Source: a virus. From it: DNA of 64,000 nucleotides. Under the pieces are notes generated by a model, which ran no database searches, was not told where the DNA came from, and saw nothing but the letters and a program-made list of their open reading frames with translations. Within the stretch, counting starts at the first letter, position 1; each line of letters begins with the position of its first letter. Below, piece by piece: positions 29,757-39,750 of the stretch. Position numbers and translations under genes: made by a program. The stretch is taken from positions 1 through 64,000 of the IMG/VR virus record IMGVR_UViG_3300025012_000053; one strand, written 5' to 3'.

Positions 29757-30481
29757 TAGTATATAGAATATTTTGTATTAAGATAACTTAATATATCGGC
29801 CTCATAATCAGTTGTGTTTCTTACAATGACTTCTTTGACCTCCATATTACCTCCGTCCACTCCGTCCTTGCTTATTCTAAAATAAGTGCCTCCATCCGCA
29901 CCTACCGTTCCTGTTTGTGCGGTTGTATTGTATACCATTTTTGAACTTGCTCCATTCCATAATATCCTATATATAGCGTAGGAATTAATCGGAGTGCCTG
30001 ACTGAGAAAAAGACGACCCTCCTGAGTTCAATTGTACTTGTCCGGATAATGTAGTTTGGCGCACAGAAACTCCAGCACCGACGTCAAATAAATAGTCTGC
30101 GTTGGTATGGGTTACTTGAATCATTACAGCATATACTATTATCGGTTGCGATAGAGCCATTGTCACATCCCGCAGCTGATCAGATGATCCGTTGAATAAA
30201 ATGCCTGTAGCTGTAAGATCAGGACGATAAGAAGCTGCTCCGACAAGATGATTACCATTACCACTCTGATCATCCCACTGAGTGACCTCTGATCCTGATA
30301 ATGTCACTCCAACCTCAAAATCATACCATCCTTTTGTTGTATTCACATCAGTTAAACACGCAGGAGCAGCGACACCAGTCACCTCGCCCTGACTATTTAT
30401 AACTCCCAATGGAATAGCATTCTGACCACTACCAATTAAAGTAGCTATCAGAAACGAAAATATTAATAGTATCTTTTTCAT
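29756..30481 (-). CDS. Signal-peptide-bearing LamG/concanavalin-like protein
   Basis: Signal MKKILLIFSFLIATLIGSG-Q; WYD...VTQWDDQSGNGNHL...EVIV...YLNTKY pattern of phage lectin-like fibre domains. Confidence 0.6.
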   Translation of the reverse strand: MKKILLIFSFLIATLIGSGQNAIPLGVINSQGEVTGVAAPACLTDVNTTKGWYDFEVGVTLSGSEVTQWDDQSGNGNHLVGAASYRPDLTATGILFNGSSDQLRDVTMALSQPIIVYAVMIQVTHTNADYLFDVGAGVSVRQTTLSGQVQLNSGGSSFSQSGTPINSYAIYRILWNGASSKMVYNTTAQTGTVGADGGTYFRISKDGVDGGNMEVKEVIVRNTTDYEADILSYLNTKYSIY

Positions 30482-30483
30482 AG

Positions 30484-31047
30484 TTAGTCAGTTAAATCAC
30501 CAAGTAAATCCCATTTATTAGCAGCTCTCTTTATTGCAGTTGCCCAGCCTCCTTTAAAATTGATAGTTGTTGAATCTTTTTTAGCATCTATCACGCTATT
30601 TGATTCATAGAATGTCACTATACCCGCATTATCCATACTAAAGTTAAGAGTCGATCCAATCGGGAAATTAACTGTACTGTCAGGGGGTAAGAACACTTTG
30701 ACCTGAGTTGCTTTGTTGCACCTTATATAAGTATTAAGGTGAGTCAGTTGCGGTCTGAACTCTGTTGTGGTGACAAGTAAAGAATCAGGGTATTTCTTCA
30801 TTGCTACGTCAAATAGAGCCAGCTGGTTTACATACGGTATCGTAGGATTCAGTGTGTCGCCTCCCTGATAGTGAGTGATGTTCCCGCCCGATACCTTTGT
30901 ACTGTCAATCTTATCGGCTGCTTCTCCTTTCAAAGTGTTTATTATCCCACCCTTGGCCTTTAACACATACTTAAATGTATTAGACCCCTGACCGGATAAA
31001 GCACCGACAATCATAACCGCTATTAAAAAAACCATTAATCTTTTCAT
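30484..31047 (-). CDS. Signal-peptide-bearing protein with a phage tail-fibre-type C-terminal domain
   Basis: Signal MKRLMVFLIAVMIVGALSG-Q; C-terminal LPPDSTVNFPIGST...GIVTF...ATAIKRAANKWDLLGDL. Confidence 0.55.
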   Translation of the reverse strand: MKRLMVFLIAVMIVGALSGQGSNTFKYVLKAKGGIINTLKGEAADKIDSTKVSGGNITHYQGGDTLNPTIPYVNQLALFDVAMKKYPDSLLVTTTEFRPQLTHLNTYIRCNKATQVKVFLPPDSTVNFPIGSTLNFSMDNAGIVTFYESNSVIDAKKDSTTINFKGGWATAIKRAANKWDLLGDLTD

Positions 31048-31059
31048 TTCTTTATTTAT

Positions 31060-31830
31060 TTAATCCGTTACAATATCCCCAATTACGTTACAATTTAAAA
31101 CCTGTGTATTAGTGACTCCTGTATAATGTATTGTCGTGCCACCTGCATTTTCATTTTCAATAGTTAAAGAAGCCCCTCCCGACTGACTAACCCTGCCATC
31201 AATCAAAACATTCGCACAACCATTGAACAGAATCAAGTCATCTGCAAGATTACCAGTTATCGACAATCCAGATACCGTTGGGTAAATCGTTACTGATAGC
31301 CAATCAGAATTACCAAGATAGCCCGTAGGCTGAAGCGTTGCTTTCGCTATTTCTGTACAGTCATCGATAATCCTTAAAACAATATGACCAGTCTGGTTTC
31401 CTGCATTTATATCAGTGAAAGCCTCCTGTAAAGTAATATAGTCCGGTCCAGTAGTGCCGATGGTGAGTATTGTCGGTACGACACTACCAGAAGTCGCATA
31501 GATATTCTCCCAATCTGTATTTTCAACTCCGGCATAGCCCGTAGCTGTCAGAGTCTGATCAACATGGTACTCTAAATCTTTAATCCTGTGCCTGTAAACA
31601 TGTGCCAAATCAATTAAAACACTTTCTTCTGTCAGGTCAAGATTAAGAAGCTCCTCCCAATTAGCGCCTGCATCAGATGAATACCATAGTTTGAAATAGC
31701 CACCTGCATTGTTTATCTCACGTCGATACCAGGTAGATCCGGATTTGAGGGTGTAATACATAGCACTCCACGAAGCACCGGAGGGGCGACCAACTCTTTT
31801 AATTCCAATATTTGTATTAACACCTGGCAT
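31060..31830 (-). CDS. Putative fibre/adhesin-associated protein (start revised to MPGVNT)
   Basis: C-half DYITLQEAFTDINAG...VTIYPT...NVLIDGR resembles the beta-helix cap of Bacteroidota surface proteins. Confidence 0.5.
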   Translation of the reverse strand: MPGVNTNIGIKRVGRPSGASWSAMYYTLKSGSTWYRREINNAGGYFKLWYSSDAGANWEELLNLDLTEESVLIDLAHVYRHRIKDLEYHVDQTLTATGYAGVENTDWENIYATSGSVVPTILTIGTTGPDYITLQEAFTDINAGNQTGHIVLRIIDDCTEIAKATLQPTGYLGNSDWLSVTIYPTVSGLSITGNLADDLILFNGCANVLIDGRVSQSGGASLTIENENAGGTTIHYTGVTNTQVLNCNVIGDIVTD

Positions 31831-31841
31831 GATTATAAGGG

Positions 31842-32195
31842 TTAAATATTCTGATAAAATACCCAAAAGGATCCTGCACGTAATTTAATATGAGTAACAG
31901 GATTATCAAAGAGAACCCATTTATTATCATTGATATCTACTCCTCCTGATGCAGCTGTAGTATCAGTCTTTGAAATATAGCTTAATCCACTTGCTCCAGT
32001 TACATCAACTATATCAGCAGTAGTGCCAAGATTACTTTTTATCTCAGTTATTTGTTCTATCTGAGATCCATCAGCATTAGATGTAACTCCTCTAATCTTT
32101 CCGAGTCTTGCCTTAAAGGTCCCGGTCCCAGTAACAAGATCACATCCTATTCCTCCCTGGAGGATCTGTAATGCATTAAATTCATTCTGATTCAT
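31842..32195 (-). CDS. Hypothetical virion-associated protein, 117 aa
   Basis: Co-oriented, beta-rich small protein ending THIKLRAGSFWVF. Confidence 0.5.
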   Translation of the reverse strand: MNQNEFNALQILQGGIGCDLVTGTGTFKARLGKIRGVTSNADGSQIEQITEIKSNLGTTADIVDVTGASGLSYISKTDTTAASGGVDINDNKWVLFDNPVTHIKLRAGSFWVFYQNI

Positions 32196-32206
32196 GGCAA
32201 TATTTT

Positions 32207-32500
32207 TTAAGTATTATATTTTTCCAGTTGTCTGTAAGAATCATCAATGATATCCTGAATGTCCTGTACTGTAAGAACATTATAATATTCTGTTATTGAT
32301 ACATCAGATATTACTTCATACCTATAAAGAATCTCGATATACTTTGAGATCATTATATTACGTTCATTAAGTTCTTTCAGGAATATAAAGTTACCTGTAT
32401 GATATGCAAAGCTTTTAGAAAGATCCAATCCAAGCCTTGAATGTAATAGTTGTATCGTTGCGATATCACTATTTAATTGTGTTTGACTGAATGCTTGCAT
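32207..32500 (-). CDS. Hypothetical protein, 97 aa
   Basis: Co-oriented helical ORF overlapping the end of the glycosyltransferase gene. Confidence 0.5.
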   Translation of the reverse strand: MQAFSQTQLNSDIATIQLLHSRLGLDLSKSFAYHTGNFIFLKELNERNIMISKYIEILYRYEVISDVSITEYYNVLTVQDIQDIIDDSYRQLEKYNT

Positions 32501-34841
32501 TTATCAGTAAATTATCTTCAACTAATTTATCAAGAATATACTTAATATCAATATCTTCTGTTATCCAGCGGATCAATAAATCTCTTTCTGCTATAGGGTT
32601 ATGATGACTTGACGGACGAACATTTTTCTTCTGAAAATAATGACTCTGTTCAGATTGAAAAAATGTAAAGCCGGAGATGATTATCTCCTTGAATCCCATC
32701 CATCTTGCCAGGGCAATAGCCATTATCCCTACAGTAGGAAATGCTTTTATCTCTTCTGATACATATCTAAACACTTCCGAAAACTCTTCATTATCTCCAT
32801 ACATCCAGACAACATTACCCATCTTAATAAGTTTCTCTCCATTATCCAGCCAGAACTCATGCATCTTCTTAGCATCAGTATACTTCTGATACATTGTTTC
32901 TGATATAGGAAGAATTCCAAGAATAGGATAATCAACTTTATGGTCCGGAATAATTTCATGATAGAGACTGGATATATTAAGATCGATCCTGGATCCTATT
33001 TCCGGAAACCCAAGTTTAAAGTTATTACATCTCATTACAAAAGAATCATCAATCTCTTTTGATAGGTCTGTTTTGAATGGTCCATTACCAATAACTGAAC
33101 AAGATGTTTTACCACTGATGATCTTCTGTACTTCCCTTCTGATTATTCTATCATATTCCAATGGTTTACTTATAATATTCATCTTGTCTTTAAATCTTCT
33201 GGATGCCTGGTTATGTATTATAACAGGCTTATCACATTGCAAGTATTTATTGTCTGCAATATGAATATACTCTTTTGGAAGATCAACGATCTTAACCCCC
33301 TGTAATCCTTCCATTACTGCCTGAAAGTTTATAGCATCGGGATTATTGTTTTCAGAATTAAGAACTGTCCATCTGTTAATCACTTCCCGGGAAACAGTAT
33401 TGTTTTTAAAGAACATGGTACCTGTCATCTTCTCATTCCACTGCTTAAGATAATGAAATGATATATCGCAATCGACAGTATAGAAGAATTCCGGCATTGC
33501 AAGTATCTCAGCATCGGCATCGATCCAGATAACATCCTTCTTATACTTGTCCATTACAGATTTAAGGACCTGTGGTTTCATCTGAGTATTCTTCTCCCAG
33601 GATCCCTGATGACGAAGACCAACTATCTCATATGGAAGACCAAACTTATCAAGACTTGCTTTAAGGACTTTTACCTCTTCTTCATATGGAGTATCTGCAG
33701 TAAACATACTTACATAGACAATATCATTACGTCCCGTGATCTTGCCTTCAAGCTTTTGGTTTATGAACTTAAGATTTTCTTCATTCTGTTTTCGAATATG
33801 ATCAGCCACACCAGATTTCTCTTTTACTATTAGTGCATGCTTCTGTGCTGTTTCATATTCACCCATCCAGTAATAACAGATCCCAAGTTCAAAGTCTGCC
33901 AAGTATGATTTATTTGTAGCATGAATAAATAATTTATCATTTACAGGATAATCCATCCTTAACACTTCTTCCTGAAGTAACCGGGCCATATGATATTTCT
34001 TCCGTTCTCTATAGACAAGGCCAAGCAGATATAATGCCTCAAATCTTGAAGGACGGAATGAATAAGCTTCAATAAGCTGAAGAATGGCACTATCCATACT
34101 TTTAAGATGATATTGCATTACAGCTATCTGAAATAAGGAATAATATACTTCTTCCGGCCAGCCACCTCGTTTTGCTCTTTCCTCGTAATACTTTATGGCT
34201 TTATCATATTCCTTCATGTTGGCATATGTCTGTGCCAGGTAAAAGTAATTACGTGTATCGGATGGATTATCAATGATTGCCTTTTCAAGAAGATCGCGAT
34301 CCCTGGTTAACTTCTCACTTCGTGTACCACCATCAGCATGATGTATTACTGCAAGAGATCTTAACTCAGGACTCTCCCCGCAATTCTCTCCATTAATATA
34401 TTCATGTGTTACTCCAATATATCTGAATTTCTTTCTACCTGATATAAGTAAGATCTGTGCAAAATCAAGATCTCCCATGTATCTTAAATGATACCAGTCA
34501 TATTTCAATTGTGATTTGTCAAATAGATCTGATACTTTATATTCAAAGTCAGCATCGGCAAGAAGAAGATAATCTGCTTTATCATAGGCAAGAGCCATGA
34601 GCTCTGATCTGTTATGTCCGAAGTTAACCCAGGGTCTTGCATGAAGTTCTCCTTTTATCCCGGCATCTTCCATTACATCAACGATTATCTTCTGTGTTTC
34701 ATCAACAGATCCTGTATCAATAATAACATAGTAATCAATAAATGATTTACAGCTATCTATCATTCTTGCAATTACTTTCGCTTCATTACGAACTATTGCA
34801 CAAAGGCATATTGTTTTTTTATCATTCATTTCATTTGTCAT
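32469..34841 (-). CDS. Multidomain glycosyltransferase: GT2 + TPR + second GT-A (DxD) domain + GT29-like (sialyltransferase-motif) domain
   Basis: ICLCAIVRNE..IDTGSVD..NFGHNRS..LADAD..GVTHEY (GT2); YFYLAQTY...ALYLLG TPRs; SWEKNTQMKP..WIDADA..IIHNQASRR; CSVIGNGP..IDDSFVMRCNNF..GSRID, PTVGIMAI..ISGFTFF, HYF, HNPIAE. Confidence 0.85.
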   Translation of the reverse strand: MTNEMNDKKTICLCAIVRNEAKVIARMIDSCKSFIDYYVIIDTGSVDETQKIIVDVMEDAGIKGELHARPWVNFGHNRSELMALAYDKADYLLLADADFEYKVSDLFDKSQLKYDWYHLRYMGDLDFAQILLISGRKKFRYIGVTHEYINGENCGESPELRSLAVIHHADGGTRSEKLTRDRDLLEKAIIDNPSDTRNYFYLAQTYANMKEYDKAIKYYEERAKRGGWPEEVYYSLFQIAVMQYHLKSMDSAILQLIEAYSFRPSRFEALYLLGLVYRERKKYHMARLLQEEVLRMDYPVNDKLFIHATNKSYLADFELGICYYWMGEYETAQKHALIVKEKSGVADHIRKQNEENLKFINQKLEGKITGRNDIVYVSMFTADTPYEEEVKVLKASLDKFGLPYEIVGLRHQGSWEKNTQMKPQVLKSVMDKYKKDVIWIDADAEILAMPEFFYTVDCDISFHYLKQWNEKMTGTMFFKNNTVSREVINRWTVLNSENNNPDAINFQAVMEGLQGVKIVDLPKEYIHIADNKYLQCDKPVIIHNQASRRFKDKMNIISKPLEYDRIIRREVQKIISGKTSCSVIGNGPFKTDLSKEIDDSFVMRCNNFKLGFPEIGSRIDLNISSLYHEIIPDHKVDYPILGILPISETMYQKYTDAKKMHEFWLDNGEKLIKMGNVVWMYGDNEEFSEVFRYVSEEIKAFPTVGIMAIALARWMGFKEIIISGFTFFQSEQSHYFQKKNVRPSSHHNPIAERDLLIRWITEDIDIKYILDKLVEDNLLINASIQSNTIK

Positions 34842-34902
34842 CTTCCTGTCTCTTTAATTAATACTTTAGTATCTCCATAAAACCAAAGGTAGATTATTTA
34901 TT

Positions 34903-35874
34903 TTAATTTGTAGTTACAGATATTCCTTTTGCAATCAAACTATTTTTAGCAGTTATTCCTGCACCTGTTGGCGCAGCATTAGTTCCACCTTCAAGATAAA
35001 TAAATCCCATTGTTTTAGTGGAAGCATCTATTTCTATAAGTATGTTATTTATATCGGCTGCAAGTATAATATCATTTTCTCGTGCATCAATTTGTATTGA
35101 CAGCGATAAATCCCATTCGCTATGTGCTTCAAGCGTGGCTAATCCTGCATCATAAACATTTATTCGATAAAAATCAACCCATGCAGCAAATGTAGTTATT
35201 GCACTTATCGGACAACTCGTAAGTTCTATACTCTGAATATCTACCCATGCTGCATAAGTACCTCCAATATTGACTAAACCATAATTATCATGTAAGTTTA
35301 TGTTGATTATTTTTATCCATTCAGGTCTAAGAACAATTGCTGTAAGTAAATTTTCACTTGCTCCAAGAACTTCCAATAACACCCATTCTGCATGAGTAGC
35401 AAGTGTTATTAACTGGTTGATATCAAGGGTCAGGCTTACTAAATTAACCCATGTGGCATAAGTATTGAATGATGTCAAAGCATTATCCCCTGCTGCAAAG
35501 ATCATCAGATTTACCCATTCAGGATAGGTTTCAAATGATGTAAGTAAGTTCCCCTGAACATTTATCTGTTCAATATTAATAATTGTACTTGGAATGAGGA
35601 TATCGGTTATATCCTGATTAGGTGCAGAAATATGCGTGATCACAGTAGCACCGGATATAATTACAGTCCCTCCTCCTATATAAAAATGATCTACAGTAAC
35701 ATTACCCATTCCTAATAATGTTACTGTCTCTAAAATAGAACCATCCGTCCAATCAATAATAACATTTCCTAATCCTTGTAAGTCCATACTAAATGTACCA
35801 ACAATAGATGTTTCAATAATAATTTTTATACCTCGAAATCTTGTCAATGATCTGAATGTACAACCTTTTCTCAT
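34903..35874 (-). CDS. Leucine-rich-repeat-like protein (~22-aa repeats with a conserved Trp)
   Basis: Repeats such as NLLTSFETYPEWVNLMIFAAGD / NALTSFNTYATWVNLVSLTLDI / NQLITLATHAEWVLLEVLGASE; N-terminal IDWTDG; C-terminal GTNAAPTG..LIAKG..VTTN. Confidence 0.7.
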   Translation of the reverse strand: MRKGCTFRSLTRFRGIKIIIETSIVGTFSMDLQGLGNVIIDWTDGSILETVTLLGMGNVTVDHFYIGGGTVIISGATVITHISAPNQDITDILIPSTIINIEQINVQGNLLTSFETYPEWVNLMIFAAGDNALTSFNTYATWVNLVSLTLDINQLITLATHAEWVLLEVLGASENLLTAIVLRPEWIKIININLHDNYGLVNIGGTYAAWVDIQSIELTSCPISAITTFAAWVDFYRINVYDAGLATLEAHSEWDLSLSIQIDARENDIILAADINNILIEIDASTKTMGFIYLEGGTNAAPTGAGITAKNSLIAKGISVTTN

Positions 35875-35876
35875 AA

Positions 35877-37727
35877 CTATTGTGTATATGGTCCACCTTT
35901 ATTAAACCAGAAAGCACCACTCTCATCATAAAGGAATGCTAACAGATCCCTGTCATTAGGACCTGTATCAAAAGCAAATCCTGCCTCAGTATAATATGTT
36001 CCTGTAAGAGACAAGACATGATCTCCTGTATTATCCTGGATTATCTTTAAATTACCCTGATCTCCACTTACTACATTTGATATTATAAGAGTACAATCCT
36101 GAACAAGAGTAAGCTTTGCATTATATCCCTGCGTTACATCCCAATGAATTCCTGCTGTAGCATTATCAAGAATGATAAATGTCTTTGGCGCTTCTGCAGG
36201 TCCTGTAGGACCAGTACTACCAACTCCTGTTGCACCTGTAGGACCTATTGATCCTGTAACACCAGTTGGTCCTATTGCTCCCTGTGTGGCAAAAACTACA
36301 AGATCAACCCTCGATACTCCCACAACACCTGTACCGGAATATCTCCTCATCCTTCCCTTAACATTATATGTTCCGGCAACAAGTGATGATGATCTTTTAA
36401 CAACAGGGATAACGATATAAGTAGGAGTGGTAGTAAGATAGGCAAATACCTCATCGGTATCAACACCATTGATCTGAAGAGTTAATCCTATTACTGAAGC
36501 ACCACCGGAAACAAGTTCACATTGACAATTCATAATAGCCATTATCTCAACAGTAGATTCAAGAGTTATTGATGTTGTCACTCCTGTAATATCTATGAGT
36601 GTTGCTGAAGTGGTAGTTCTTAATGTCTCCATCTCGACAAATGAACTTGGGATCTTTCCCGCTACAGCATCAGCCCCTGCAGCACCAGTAGGTCCGGTTG
36701 CTCCTACAGCACCTGTCGCTCCATCTGCACCTGTGACACCCGCACCTGTGGGCCCTACTGGACCAGTGATTGAAGGTCCTGTTGGTCCAATGGATCCGGT
36801 TACACCATCAGCACCTGTAGGACCTGTTATACTTGACCCTGTCGGTCCTGTAGCTCCGGTAGGTCCAGCAACAGTAGAATCTGCACCGGTTGGTCCGGTT
36901 GATCCTGTAGGTCCTGCAGGACCAGTAGCACCAGGTGAATATGCTCCACCATAAAGATTTATAATCCAGTCTGAATACGTACCTGATCCTGTATGGTTAA
37001 CAGAAACCATAGATAACTCTCCTGAAGCTGCTGTATAATTTACTACAGTAGCACGGAATAGATTATTAATATCATAAGCAACAACAATATCCTGTCCTAA
37101 TGTAAATGCTCTTCCTGTAGAACATATCATATCTATTCCTGTAGGATGAGTTGTTGGAAGTGTTTCTGTTCCAGTAGATGTAGATGCAAATCTATCGGCA
37201 TATCCTGTTGGACCTATTGATCCTATTGGTCCTGAAGGTCCTGTTGGTCCTGCCACTGTTGAGTCAGTGCCCGTTGGCCCTGCATTACCTGTTAATCCTA
37301 TTGGACCAGTTGCTCCTGTAGAACCAGTTGGACCTGTATTCCCATCTGCACCTGTCGGACCAGTATCTCCTGGTATTATTGATGCGGCTCCTGTCGGACC
37401 TGTAGCACCAGTAGGTCCATCATCTCCTGTATTACCATCAGATCCTGTTACTCCTATAGGTCCTGTTGGTCCTGTAGAACCGGTTGCACCGTCTGCACCT
37501 ATATCACCTGTTGGTCCTGATGGACCTGTAGGTCCAGTACCAGAAGATCCTGTTGGTCCAGTCGGACCTGTGGCTCCTATTCCTATAGGTCCGGTAGCAC
37601 CGGCCACGCTAATAGTTTCTCCTGTAAGAAGAATAATATTTTTCTTATCATCCCTGGCCGGTTCAATAAATATATTACCACCATCGAGTTGTGGAGAAGG
37701 ACCTAAGAATTGTGCACCGGTTGACAT
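35877..37727 (-). CDS. Collagen-like (Gly-X-Thr) fibre protein
   Basis: Three GPT/GAT triplet tracts separated by globular beta domains; very Thr-rich. Confidence 0.88.
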   Translation of the reverse strand: MSTGAQFLGPSPQLDGGNIFIEPARDDKKNIILLTGETISVAGATGPIGIGATGPTGPTGSSGTGPTGPSGPTGDIGADGATGSTGPTGPIGVTGSDGNTGDDGPTGATGPTGAASIIPGDTGPTGADGNTGPTGSTGATGPIGLTGNAGPTGTDSTVAGPTGPSGPIGSIGPTGYADRFASTSTGTETLPTTHPTGIDMICSTGRAFTLGQDIVVAYDINNLFRATVVNYTAASGELSMVSVNHTGSGTYSDWIINLYGGAYSPGATGPAGPTGSTGPTGADSTVAGPTGATGPTGSSITGPTGADGVTGSIGPTGPSITGPVGPTGAGVTGADGATGAVGATGPTGAAGADAVAGKIPSSFVEMETLRTTTSATLIDITGVTTSITLESTVEIMAIMNCQCELVSGGASVIGLTLQINGVDTDEVFAYLTTTPTYIVIPVVKRSSSLVAGTYNVKGRMRRYSGTGVVGVSRVDLVVFATQGAIGPTGVTGSIGPTGATGVGSTGPTGPAEAPKTFIILDNATAGIHWDVTQGYNAKLTLVQDCTLIISNVVSGDQGNLKIIQDNTGDHVLSLTGTYYTEAGFAFDTGPNDRDLLAFLYDESGAFWFNKGGPYTQ

Positions 37728-37843
37728 ATCTTTATTTTATTAATATAATCCAGGTATCATATTTGTTTTTTTCTTAATGGCAGCAAGTTCCGTGCTATTG
37801 TCATCCATTTCTGTTCTTATCTCCACAGCCGTAGGCAAATCAC

Positions 37844-38494
37844 CTAATTGTGTATCAAGGTTTCACCACCATATCTACGAGCATTACCAGCCTTGAACCA
37901 ATCTATATAAGTAAGCCCGATGACTGTCGTTCCATATTGACGTAATGTAGTAGTTCCTGTCGTACTGCCACTACTTGTACTACAATCAACCGCAGAAGCC
38001 TGTAAAACTCCATTTAAGTAAACATCAACGACCCCAGCAGCTTGCATAGTCCATACAAAAGTCCACTCTTGCCAAGTATCCTGTTGAACTAAATCAGCAC
38101 CTACCTCGTTCCATGCTGCACCATCATAAACATATAGTCCATCAGAAGCCCAACGAATACCAAGATAGTAACTTGTAGCATAACAAAGAAGTTCAAAATA
38201 ATCTGAATTAGCGAGTGTTCCTAAAGTGTCATGGTATAGTTTAATTGAAATAATATTCGGGTTTGTTTGATATGAACCTATGTCAAGAGTACGGGAAGCT
38301 AAGTTACCAGCACCAGCAGCAACAACATCCATTTTAAAACAACTCTTGGAATCAAAGAAAATCTGTGAGCTCACACCTGTTCCTGTATCGCCATCTGTTG
38401 TCCAATCGACAATATCAGCGCAATCCTCATCCTTGATTGTACCACTTGAGAATGTTAATTCGTCTAAATACTTATTTTCGGTTATTATTGACAT
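37844..38494 (-). CDS. Concanavalin/LamG-like beta-sandwich protein
   Basis: DTWQEWTFVW...VDVYLNGVL...YIDWFK. Confidence 0.55.
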   Translation of the reverse strand: MSIITENKYLDELTFSSGTIKDEDCADIVDWTTDGDTGTGVSSQIFFDSKSCFKMDVVAAGAGNLASRTLDIGSYQTNPNIISIKLYHDTLGTLANSDYFELLCYATSYYLGIRWASDGLYVYDGAAWNEVGADLVQQDTWQEWTFVWTMQAAGVVDVYLNGVLQASAVDCSTSSGSTTGTTTLRQYGTTVIGLTYIDWFKAGNARRYGGETLIHN

Positions 38495-38497
38495 TTT

Positions 38498-38884
38498 CTA
38501 TGAATATGTTACGCTCGTTAAATCATCTCCTGTAAAACCAAATGTTTTTGTAAGACTTATTCCTGAAGGGGTGTCACCTGATAAAACAAGGCTTGTTAGA
38601 ACGCCAAGAGTATAATTAAATGTCTTTACTATTTCAAGACTACCACCAAGATCATAAGTTATATAGTCAATATCATCACCATTATAAGTTATCACATAAG
38701 GATAACTTTTAAGATTTTTTGACACTGTTTCAAATGCTTCTGATAATCCACTTACAGATCCCCATTCAACATCATAATCTACTGTTCCTTTTTTCTTAAT
38801 AATCTGACCAATAGAACCACCTTGTGGAAGAGTATTCTTATAATTCTTAGAATATCTTATTTCTCCAATAGGTTCTCCTGACAT
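38498..38884 (-). CDS. Putative fibre-associated structural protein, 128 aa
   Basis: LPQGGSIGQIIKK...DYDVEW phage fibre motif; C-terminal beta-hairpins ending LTSVTYS. Confidence 0.55.
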   Translation of the reverse strand: MSGEPIGEIRYSKNYKNTLPQGGSIGQIIKKKGTVDYDVEWGSVSGLSEAFETVSKNLKSYPYVITYNGDDIDYITYDLGGSLEIVKTFNYTLGVLTSLVLSGDTPSGISLTKTFGFTGDDLTSVTYS

Positions 38885-38889
38885 GATAA

Positions 38890-39654
38890 TTATAAGTTAG
38901 GGTCAACATCATAAAAATCAAGTATCTGATCTATCTCTCCCTGTATTGTTGTTAATGCAGTAAGATTGGATGAACTGATAGCACTCTTTAATGAACTGAG
39001 AAGTCCCCAGGCTGTAAGAGCATCATCAAGATATTTCTTTCTTGTATTTCCGGGCACCATCCTTGCAAGATTAGAAAACATCTTATCAACTCCTGCTTCA
39101 GATCTACAATATACATAAGGATAGAATGTACTTTTATATTCTCTTGTACCTGTACATGCACCATCATTTGCTACCCAGGTATCAGCAATATAAAAGTTAT
39201 TTGCATCAATCTTGGTAACAAGATGTTCTCCATTATAACTTGTTGATCCGGTAATATCAACATACATACCACCAGTTAATCCATGTGTAGCAGCTGTTAC
39301 TTTTACTGTTCCATTTACGGTAGATCCATAATTTGAGAATGCAGATATGGTAAAGTCACCAGTCTTAAGCTTATAAACAATATTATGAAGTCCATCCTCG
39401 CTTGTACCCGTAAGATCATCAAACCACCAGGTACCTGTTACCGGATCAGGTATCTGACTAAGGATATCATATTCATCTGATGCTACCCCGGAAGGATTTA
39501 TTATTTGAATTATGGCAGAAGTCAATGTCCCTGGATCCAACCCTGAAACACCACTCCATTTTGTCCCATCTCCTGTATCAACACCAGTCTTGTCCTGTAT
39601 GCTGAACTTAGTACAACGGGTTACTACTTTAAGATCAAGATCTGGCGTAAACAT
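38890..39654 (-). CDS. Tail hub-like structural protein with an inserted small beta-barrel (FCCH-like) domain
   Basis: Follows the auxiliary capsid gene; VTAATHGL..GMYVDITGSTSYNG.HLVTKIDANNFYI insert; DGLHNIVY motif. Confidence 0.5.
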   Translation of the reverse strand: MFTPDLDLKVVTRCTKFSIQDKTGVDTGDGTKWSGVSGLDPGTLTSAIIQIINPSGVASDEYDILSQIPDPVTGTWWFDDLTGTSEDGLHNIVYKLKTGDFTISAFSNYGSTVNGTVKVTAATHGLTGGMYVDITGSTSYNGEHLVTKIDANNFYIADTWVANDGACTGTREYKSTFYPYVYCRSEAGVDKMFSNLARMVPGNTRKKYLDDALTAWGLLSSLKSAISSSNLTALTTIQGEIDQILDFYDVDPNL

Positions 39655-39686
39655 GACTTATCTGTTTTAAATTGATTAATAAATTC

Positions 39687-39722
39687 AAAAAAGGGGAAGA
39701 GAAAATATCTTCCGCTTCCCCC
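39687..39722 (-). terminator. Rho-independent terminator downstream of the auxiliary capsid gene
   Basis: Minus strand reads GGGGAAG-(15 nt)-CTTCCCC followed by TTTTTT. Confidence 0.75.
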
Positions 39723-39750
39723 GATTTGAAATATGGCAGATAAGCGGTTA

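Noticed and set aside
36172-37743. Plus-strand PVGPV-repeat ORFs and 9-bp nucleotide periodicity
   Set aside because: These are the reverse complement of the collagen Gly-X-Thr codons, not a separate gene, tandem array or CRISPR.
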